DNA of 64,000 bases, from assembly GCA_951406725.2 (NCBI GenBank), contig OX597825.1, positions 49,910,001 to 49,974,000 of the forward strand, read 5' to 3'. Each line of letters opens with the position of its first letter. Within the stretch, counting starts at the first letter, position 1. The position numbers were made by a program, and so were the translations under genes. This DNA comes from Octopus vulgaris (lineage: Eukaryota). Below the pieces are notes generated by a model that had not been told where the DNA came from, ran no database searches, and was given only the letters and a program-made list of their open reading frames with translations. Positions 54,236 to 64,000 of the stretch are shown piece after piece.

Positions 54236-54980
54236 GATCTGTGACAACTTCCTCTCTGTTTTCAGAGTTGGGTCTTTCTTTACTTTGTTGTAGCTACCAT
54301 CACTTATAAGAAATGCATGCCAGTTTTTCCGAGTAGTCAGACTTGTTCATCACCACTGTAGCATTTCCATTGTCCGCCGGAAGTATTATGGAAGTGTCAT
54401 TTGACAGCGAACTTTTCTTCCTTAGTGATGTTTGGTTGGGTAAGTTTTGCTTTTTCCAGTACCTGTCTCACTTTCCACCCTAGTTCATCTCATTGAGCTT
54501 TTGGTATCTTTACGGCTATCCTTCAATAGGGGCTATTATGTCCAAGTATGGAATGCGCTTGATGTTTGTCGCAAAGTTGATACCTTTCTTTAGCACTGCT
54601 TCTTCAGAGCTTTCTAGATGTCGGCTACTTACATTAATTATTGCTTTAACAGGTGGGTGACGGACTTCAGTCTTCATTCTCTGACCTTTGAACTTCATAA
54701 ACTTCTTAATCTGGCGTGTCCGCACCATTTCATGTACGACTTTTCTAGATTTTGTTGGATTCTCTTTCTATCATCATCTCTGGTTATTTACCTAAGTAAT
54801 GAAGATAACAACTCTTTTATTTCGTTATTTAGTTGATGCTTTTTTCCAGCGGTTGTAATGGATCCTCTCACGGACGAAGTCATGTCCTACCTTTTCTGCT
54901 ACTCTTCTAGCATTATATGAATCCACTGGTGTCATTATATTCAAGTCACGTGGTATTAGCTTTGAGTTTCTACATCTACA
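54236..54980 (-). mobile_element. Penelope-like element N-terminal region, inverted relative to its 3' part
   Basis: IINVSSRHL...EEAVLKKGINFA...IPYLDIIAPIE, NITKEEK, IILPADNGNATVVMNKSDY, YNKVKKDPT. Confidence 0.85.
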
Positions 54981-55011
54981 CAGTAGCGGTCATGATACCC
55001 ACCACGAAGAA

Positions 55012-55563
55012 ATGATCAAGCTCAGTAACAATCTGTTAAGCAACTACCCCACAAACATACTATCTACTCCAATTATAAAGAAAAGAGAGGATGAAACCAA
55101 TAAGCTGTCTACGGTTTGTCTACCTTATGTGAGAGGCCTCAGGACAGTATTCAACAGTAATACAACGCTTCGCAAATACCTTCTTCGGGAAAAACCAGCA
55201 ATAGAAGAGAATATGACCAAAGACTGCGTGTATTCCATTCCATGCAGCTGTGGTAGGTTACACAAAGGCGAAACATGCCTCCCCCTCAAAATAAGGGTAG
55301 AGGAACATCGCAAAGCTGTGACACTAGGTGATATAGATAAATCTGGTATAGCTGATCATGAATGGGAAAATGGAGACCGCCTCCCCCTGTGGGATAAAGT
55401 TAGAATAATAGACAGAGAACACCACTGGAAAATACGGAAACTAAAAGAAGCAGCACATATGCTAGGACACAACAACCTCCTAAGCAGACCGAGTGTAGAT
55501 ATGAACAGCATATGGGAACCGGTATTAAGGAAGGATAGGAAATATTCGATTTATAAGCCATAA
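55012..55563 (+). pseudogene. Penelope-like element GIY-YIG endonuclease domain (5'-truncated ORF)
   Basis: LPYV, CVYSIPCSCGRLHKGET..LKIRVEEH, SGIADH, RKLKEAAH match the PLE GIY-YIG consensus VY.I.C.C...YIGET....R..EH. Confidence 0.9.
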
Positions 55564-55661
55564 AATTCACTCCACAATTGCCCACGAGCATATGGCGTAG
55601 TGGTTAAGAGCGCGTGCTACTAACCCCAATTCCCGGCAGTGACCTGAACAATAACAATAAC

Positions 55662-55760
<99 letters not shown>

Positions 55761-55949
55761 GATAATGATAATAATAACAACAACAACAACAACAACATCG
55801 AAAAAGACACCTGATGGAGGCTGGAGGGTATATCAGCCGAAACGTTGTGTTAACAACAAACAAGATGAGGATAAATATCTGTTAAATGTTAATAATGTAA
55901 ATATTATAAATAATATACGTAATTTCTCATCTCTTAAATACAGAAATGT
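55564..55949 (+). mobile_element. Family B copy forming the 3' terminal repeat of the PLE
   Basis: Box A TGGCGTAGTGG at 55593 (30 nt after the ORF stop), box B deleted, (AAT)n tract, HHR motif at 55806-55851. 3' end shared with 27601-27630. Confidence 0.85.
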
Positions 55950-56732
55950 ATGATTTATAATGCACTCTTGTCAGTTGAGTGTTAAAATGTGTCTAAACAA
56001 TCTACAGACGTTTTCTTGATCTCAGCAAATGGCATGGTAATCCAATGACAGTCAACATCTGTCATTTTCTATTACTTGCAGAGATATACTGCGTGCAGTT
56101 GGAAATATTAATGCCCTACTTGTTAATTTCACATACCAATTTAGTTATATTAGTGGTATGCATAACCTGGATATCATCACCTACATAGTTTATATCACCT
56201 GAACAACCAGATGCACTGCGTTAGAAATTCCCATAAACAAACATCTGAAATCACAATAACAACAGGAAACAAATGCATAATAAATCAACTACAAAAGTTC
56301 TCACTCAAAAGATAAAAAATAGAATAGAGGAATTCGAATTCAGATAAAAGATATAACCAAAAATAAGTTTTAGCAGATATTTAATATATATTCATTTCTC
56401 TATTTTGCATCACTTGTTTTGTTTTTCGAATACCAAATTTATTTTTCGAATTCATATATCTATATATTTTTCCCATCGCTTTTTATTTAATATTCCTTGA
56501 TATATAGTTATATTTCAAGGCATGTATGCCATGTATCTGTGCGCGCACACACACGAGCACACATGTACATATGCATTTATCTCTGTCAATGTGTATATAT
56601 ATATTGTATAATATGCTATTATTTCTAGGCTATTTGAACATTAATCTTTTTGAAGAAGTTACTCAAAGGTAAATTTAAATATAACTCTTAATATATTGGT
56701 TTAAAAACAAATTTCCGCTTTAAGACATATGC

Positions 56733-56800
<68 letters not shown>
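56733..56800. repeat. (TATC)n microsatellite
   Basis: Direct reading. Confidence 0.95.
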
Positions 56801-56801
<1 letters not shown>

Positions 56802-57559
56802 AATCAATTTATCTGTTTATATATGTATCTATCTACCTATCTATATATATATATCAGTCTATCTATAATGCATATATATATATATAAATATATATACACA
56901 TATATATATACCTACATGTATATATAATATATGTGTGTGTGTGTTGAGAGAGAGAGGGGAGTAGAAGAGACGTTGGAGGTAGATACGTGTGTCTTAGAAT
57001 TAAAGAGATATGAATGTCTATGAGAATTATGAGTAAGTATATATATACAAATTTGTATATAAATGTATATCCATATGCGTTTATATGTGTGTTTTTCTGT
57101 GTATCAACCTAATGATTAACTATATATTTTTTTATAATTTCCGCATTCCCAGTGATTAGTTGCGTGTTAGAATTCCCAAGCCATGTGTACTACATTATAT
57201 TTTATATATTTTGAATTGATATATATCACATGATGAAATTCTATTTAATGAAGGGGTTAAAAAAATGACAGAAATGTTTAACAACCATAACGCGGATTTT
57301 TAATTCGCACTGAGTAAGGATCAACTTAATCGCAATGAATTGTAAATATTCAAAGGTAAATTATTGTTTTGCTTTTTTCCATGGTAATCAACATTTTTAT
57401 CAATCAAGTTTTGTTCTCTACAAATGAATTTCGAAATTGCTAATTTGCGAAATTCTAGGTGTATTCAATTCTGATAATATCGTGAAAATGCCTTACCTAC
57501 TCAGTGACACAAAATACACAAACATTATATACATACATATGTGTATGCGTGTACGAGTT

Positions 57560-58090
57560 TGCTGGCGAAGCTCACAAAGATGATTGGTGGGAACATAAAC
57601 CAACAAAATGTGTGCCTTGGAATTTCAAACTGATTGGGAAATTGAAGTTAACCAACCAGATATCACTGAAAAATAATGTTGAAAAGATGGGCTCATTAAC
57701 TGATGTTGCAGACCCAGCTGTGGATAGCATATTTCTGAAATAAAGAATTGGAAATAGAAGCCAGAATGTGGCTAGTTACCTAGCGCTAATGGGATTCTAG
57801 AAATGAAACCAAAATGATATCAAAAGGAGCAAACAAATACACAGACAAAAAAATCATACTTATAGATACCAGACATACCTTGAGAAAAGTCGTCTCAAGA
57901 TAAATATTTTTATGTATTCAATTTTACTGTCATGGTTATCAAAATTATTTTAGGAAATATTAAGATTACATTTTAATTCCATAGTACTCATCCGTTTGCA
58001 AACGCGAGTTGTCTCTTTGAATCGCTGTTTGAGACCTGCGTGCAGCTCATACAAATGAAATCAAAAGCAAAATAAATCAACAATATTATT

Positions 58091-58163
<73 letters not shown>

Positions 58164-59342
58164 TAATAATAATAATAATAATAATAAGATGATGATGATG
58201 ATGATGATGATGACGATGATGAAGAAGAAGGAGAAGAAGGAGGAGAAGAAGAAGAAGAAGAAGAAGAAGAAGAAGAAGAAGAAGAAGAAGAAGAAGAAGA
58301 AGAAGAAGAAGAAGGAGAAGAAGAAGAAGTATAGAATAAATAGTAGAAAGTATAGAAAAAGTATAGAAAAATAGGAAAGTACCAGGACTTAACTATTGAA
58401 TTATAGAGACTATGGGCAGTGCGGGTAAAATATATACCAGAAGTATTAGTGAATTGGGAGCTATCCCTAAAGATCTGAACAGATGGATAGAGGAAATAGG
58501 TATAAAACCCATGTTAGTACAGCTCCAGAAAACAGTGTTATTAGCGACAGCTAGGATACATGGAGGGTTCTTGGCATTAAGGTTATTTGTTGTAGCCCGA
58601 TGTTAGGGTATTTTGTTGTCTAATTTGTTGAGTGTATATAAAAATAATAATAATGCTAATATTAGCATCCCAAGATCAATGTCTACCTATAAGAAGATAC
58701 CAGGCCAACATCTTAAAGAACGGTAGTAGCCCAGAATGTCGTGTATGTAAACAGCAAAATCATGCCTCCTCATCGATACGACTATCCCAATCGACATAAA
58801 TGAAGCTGTCAAGACCTACTAAAATCTGAGCAAGTATAAAGATATTGAAATAGAAATTGCCAAAATGTGGAACCTCAAGACTAAAACAATACCTGCTGTC
58901 ATAGGTGCCCTAGGAATGATAGCAAAAGTGGCAGCTTACTACCTAGCTCAGATACAAGGAAAGGCAATAATGGAAGAAATTCAAAACAGTGCTCAAGGAA
59001 ACTGCACACAATCTCCGTTAAATATTGTCTATGTAATCCCCAAAACATTTTAATCTGTAAACAGCGTCAAAATACTTTCAACTGTACATAATAGCAAATA
59101 ACTCTTACTGTCATCTGAATACCACAACATCAACTTAGAATCAACTTACTTTTAAAACAATCTTCTAATTTACTTAATTTTTTGCACGCATTCTCTTGAA
59201 CAATAGTCTGTGCAAAACCAAATATATGGCACTTTAGTCATAACACCAAATTGAACTTGTTTCTTGGTTTCTCAAACATATGATGATGATGATGATGATG
59301 AGGATCTTGATCTTGATGATGATGATGATGATGATGGTAATG

Positions 59343-59399
<57 letters not shown>

Positions 59400-59420
59400 T
59401 TAATAATAATAATAATAATA
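57560..59420 (+). mobile_element. Cluster of short R4/Dong-like 3' fragments separated by (AAT)n/(GAT)n/(AAG)n tracts
   Basis: WWEHKP..WNF, KYQDL..LQKTVLLATARI, SKYKDIEIEIAKMWNLKTKTIPAVIGALG, with 3' UTRs running into trinucleotide tails. Confidence 0.75.
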
Positions 59421-60039
59421 ATCATGAAGAAAAATTATAGATATTCCTTTTCTTTCCTTTCGTTTCTCCCTGAGTATTCGAAAATGTAAACATCCTTTTA
59501 TATTGCAAAAACACTACAGTCTTCTCTGAACGGACTTACAAACGAACATCACAAAAAGAAATTAGAAACTTTAATATCTCCAATTTTGTGTGGACATTTT
59601 CTCTCCTTTTTCCCTGACTACCCGAAAATGTAAACATGATTTTATTGTAACAACACAATTAAATGCACGATAAAAAAATTAAGGAGATTAGCACCTGCGA
59701 ACATATATTTATTGCACAACTAGAAAAACTGTAAACCACAGCAAGACATTTAAAAAGCAAAGAAAAATTCCAAAAGAAAAAGAAATTCAAAACTTCAACA
59801 ACGTAAACATCTCTTCCCCCAACTATTCCCAAAGACTGGAATATCTACAATTTCCAGTGAATATTTAAATTTCCCTAAAATAAGCCAGGAAACTTATATA
59901 TCTACCGCTTCCGAGCCCAAAGACGATAGGCTTTTTAAAAAAACCTTTAATATCTACAACTTCTGTGAATACCTATCCTTTCCTTTCTCCCTGAGTATTC
60001 GAAAATGTAAACATCCTCTTTTTTATCGTAAGAACACTA

Positions 60040-60619
60040 CGGCCACAACCTGAGCAGGTTAGGACATAGATAAGGTCCTGGGAAGAACATGTGAAGGTGG
60101 TCTTAATTGAGAATTTTTCTCCTTGCTGGAATGTGAATATCGAGGCTTCAGTTACGTATGGGCATGTACCACAATTAGGTTGTCTGCATTTTTTAGCTTT
60201 TGGTGTCGTATGTATTGAAGTATAATTTTGCATTTTTAGGAGTCTCTTGAGTGATGTGTGTTGTCTTTTGCATTTGAGGTGTGTATGTGTATTTAGGATG
60301 TTGTTCATTTTCGGGTCTTGGATGAGCAGAGGGTGATTCTGGGGTTGTGGGTTGATATGTATTGGAGTGATTTAAAGTGATATGTGGTGCTTTGTTTTGT
60401 TGTCCTTACTGTGTTTGTATACAATTTCTTGTCACGTTTAATGTCAATGTCTATAAGTGTGGGTGAGTATTGACGTTCAATGAGTGTAATTTTGAGGCCG
60501 TGTAGGCAAAGTTCCCGAGTTTTTGTGTCAGATACAATTTCACAGACCTTTTTTGCTAGATTGAATGGGATATTTATTTTGGTGTGTTTAGTATGGCATG
60601 AACTGAAAAGGAGATACTG
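60040..60619 (-). mobile_element. Penelope-like element fragment (RT thumb to Cys-rich GIY-YIG start, Neptune-like)
   Basis: QYLLFSSCHTKHTKINIPFNLAKK, RQYSPTLI, KCRQPNCGTCPY..FTCSSQDLIYVLTCSGCG. Confidence 0.85.
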
Positions 60620-62199
60620 CTATGGAATATTCGCAGCTCTAGCAGCGGCAGCTCTTTTCAACAGTCTACAGGACCATCGGTCCTCAGTTTCCTTAGCCTG
60701 CCAGCGCTGCTGCCATGCCGGTGCAGAAGACTTTCTGCCAATGTGGGCTCTCGTTTCAGGTGGCATGCTTGTATTATCTGAAGCTGAAAATTGGTTTTAG
60801 TGTACCAATCGATTATCGATACTGTTATAAGCTAACAGGAGCCTCTTTATTCTGTCTTCCCACGTAGCCTGAGCATAAAGTAAAATTAGTATGAAGCTTT
60901 CTGAAAGATATGTATCGCTTTCTCTAGCGATTGCAAAAGTCTTATTTAAAGGTTGAATCTTTATGACAAATCATATGTAACTGTTTAAAAAAGGCTAGAT
61001 TCTTTATGCTAAAACATATTCGAAATATCATAATGGATGGGTAAATAAGCATCCTTAAAGTGAATCAAAGTATTCGTAGGTAACCAAAGGTATTAACAAA
61101 TAGAAGAGAGGAAGTTGAACATCACCTTTCAAGTAAGTCAGAATAGGTAAATTTAAGCTTGCCAAAGTTTAATGCAGCTTAAATATGGAGATGAAGATTG
61201 TTTGGTATTGGATAGTCAATTTAATCAGTCAAAATTATTCTCTAATGCCAATATACGACGTTATAGATTATGTACATACAACTTATTTGGAAAATCTTTT
61301 AAATTAACATAAACATTTAGTTACATGAATGAAAATTACCGGAGACATAACACGTGTTGTGCTAAAAATAACAGCTAGATAAGATTTTTTGGATAAATCT
61401 TTTAAATTAACATAAACATTTATTTACATGAAAACAAAATCACAGCTTCCAAATCCTGTTTCCTGACTGGGTTACCTTGCAAGTGGACAGTCGATGTGAA
61501 TAAATAGACAAAATCCTTTCACTTTTATAAAAAAAATTTTAAAAGTGTGGATGACCCTACATACAAAAAAACTATGTCCATTTACGGAGAAGTTCTGGGC
61601 AAAGTTTTATAGCGCATGACTATCCTTGGGACACAATTAATGTGTGTACGTAAAGTTTGAAGAAAATCCGTTGAGAATTATGGAAACGTATGCGTTAGTC
61701 ATTATACATACACATATAACGATGTACAAACACATACACACACACACATATATATATATATACACGCATACACAGTATGCTCATGTATGTACAATGCCCA
61801 TGAGAGTGTACTATCCATATAAAATATACACATACTGTTGCAAACCATTGTATTTATTTACTGATACTCTTAATGTGTTGGCTGCAAATTAGAAGTTTTT
61901 TGCCAGCAAATATTACGTGGCTATTCAAAGATGTACGATATAATGCTATGTATGCAAAGATTTGTGATATAATTTACAAGAATTTATAAGTAGTTTTAGC
62001 TAATGATTCAGTTTTAAAACTTCATCAGCTTTTATGAATTCCCAATATCTAAATTGAATTTGTTTAAAACGTATCAACTAACTCCCTGGCAATGAAATAT
62101 GTATCAATTCTATCAGTGATTTTAATTCCACTTCCTAATGCTTACAAAAACTGATAAGCATCATCTCTGAATTCTAATTGCCAATACTGTATATATACA

Positions 62200-62361
62200 T
62201 GGTCATGTATATGTGTGTGTGCGTGCGCGCGCGTGAGTGTGTGTATCAAAGTATGTATATACTTGTATATATGTGTCTATATATATGTGTGTGAGTGTGT
62301 GTGTGTGTATGTGTGTCTATATATATATATATGTATGTATATATGTATATATGTATATATG

Positions 62362-62394
<33 letters not shown>

Positions 62395-62423
62395 GTATGT
62401 GTATATATATATATACACATACA

Positions 62424-62496
<73 letters not shown>
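62200..62496. repeat. Compound (TG)n/(TA)n microsatellite
   Basis: Direct reading. Confidence 0.95.
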
Positions 62497-62499
<3 letters not shown>

Positions 62500-63620
62500 T
62501 ATTGCTACCGGTAATGCGATTTAACACATTCTATATACATTAGAGCCGAGGTGTCTTCTCATAATTTCCATACGATTAATGAGAATTTTTTTCTTTGCTT
62601 TCAAATAGCTACTCATATCAGATTTTCTTTCAATGTTTTAATTACTTTACCTAAGATACTTTCATAATAAATATTTCAAAGTATACTTAATTAAAACATT
62701 CTTATTAGAAGCAAAGTTGTAGGATCTCTTTCACGATGTCCACAATGTCCACAAAGTATAATGGTATTAATCAAGAATACTGATTAAAGAGTTTCGCATA
62801 TTTTTTGACAGTAATGTGTATCAGCTGTTGTCTCAAACTGACCATCTCTCTCCCCCCTCTCTTTCTCTCTCACGTAGTTTCTTTTCATAAGTGTATGTAT
62901 CTACACTGAGCCAATATTACGAATTGACTCACCCTATTTCGTATAACTATATTGATACTTTAATATATATTCAGGCGAGTGTGTGTGTGTGTGTTTGTGT
63001 GTGTATGTATATGTTCAGTTGGGTATGGTGTTATAGTCGTGTAATTGTATATACACATTATGTGTATACTAACGTGAAATGGCATTATCTGTGGTGTTTT
63101 GTTTCAAAGGGACTAGTAATAATGGTAGGGTACAATGAGTAATATTTTTCTTCCTTTTTTGTTTTTACTTTAAAAAGTTTCTTTACATTTTTCCTCTACC
63201 TTACAGGAACTATATTAGCTTATAAATAATGGAAATCTGTTTTTTCACTTCTCTAAAATTACATTTGAAAACAAACTCATACCCATCAATATCCATCCTT
63301 AGACATCAGAAGCAAAAATTTAAATAATTTGTCAACTGAAAGAGTATCATAGAAAAATTGTACAAGATATGGAATTGAAGAAGCTCGACTATATGTAGAA
63401 ATTGAACATAATATATTCTGTATAGATGCATCACGATCTGCTGGAGTGACTCTCTTCTTGGCATATTTATGCACCATGCCGTTAAATAGCAGGGATATAT
63501 GAAATTAGACTTTACTCATTTTGCTCCACTTTAGACATCATATTTTGGAAATTTGAAAATTATTAAATTAGACAAATGTTGGAAAAAATTGACTTGGAGA
63601 AAGGAATATTGATTGTTTAA

Positions 63621-63771
63621 TTATTTACATTATTTACATTTGACGGATATTTGTCCACATCTTGTTTGTTGTTAACACAACGTTTCGGTTGATATACCCT
63701 CCAGCCGGCATCAGGTATCTTGGGGAAATTTCGAACCAGGGTTCCCATTCCTAAAGTATTTTTCGATGTTG

Positions 63772-63855
<84 letters not shown>

Positions 63856-63915
63856 TCACTTCCTGGAATCGAACTCGAATATTGGGGTTAGTAGCTCTTA
63901 ACCACTACGCCATAT
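63621..63915 (-). mobile_element. Family B solo copy
   Basis: Reverse complement: ATATGGCGTAGTGGTTAAGAGC..GAGTTCGATTCCAGG..(AAT)n..CTGATGCCGGCTGG..CAACCGAAACGTTGTGTT. Confidence 0.9.
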
Positions 63916-64000
63916 TCACCATCTGCTAAATCTATTTAAAGACCATATAGAACATGACCTCTTTACCAAATGCTAACCAGCTATTCCATCAAACAATGGT

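Noticed and set aside
60480-60800. 106-aa plus-strand ORF
   Set aside because: Its first half is the antisense of the PLE thumb region.
61286-61432. ~44-bp direct repeat about 102 bp apart
   Set aside because: Only two AT-rich copies. Probably a local duplication, and not a CRISPR-like array.
63286-63477. 63-aa ORF as a gene
   Set aside because: No recognisable motif. Only the internal splice-bounded part is kept as a weak exon candidate.

Overview
AT-rich, microsatellite-dense animal genomic DNA. The SINE families and repeat landscape suggest a coleoid cephalopod, probably Octopus (inference). No host protein-coding gene can be supported with confidence, and most ORF-track entries are translations of microsatellites. 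The window is a mosaic of decayed transposable elements: R4/Dong-like LINEs with restriction-like endonuclease, Tx1/L1-like LINEs, a mariner transposase pseudogene, Helentron-associated (HINE-like) elements, many tRNA-derived SINE copies and three Penelope-like element (PLE, GIY-YIG) remnants. The most notable signal is a set of unrelated short repeats with minimal type I hammerhead ribozyme (HHR) motifs. They mostly abut (TA)n tracts and are repeatedly inserted as head-to-head inverted dimers. One family combines a tRNA-like Pol III head, an (AAT)n tract and an HHR. It occurs both as the 3' terminal repeat of a coding PLE (55.0-55.95 kb) and as solo or inverted-dimer copies, one of them with a 10-bp TSD. 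This suggests a PLE-driven SINE/retrozyme system. All coordinates were read by eye and may be off by a few bases.
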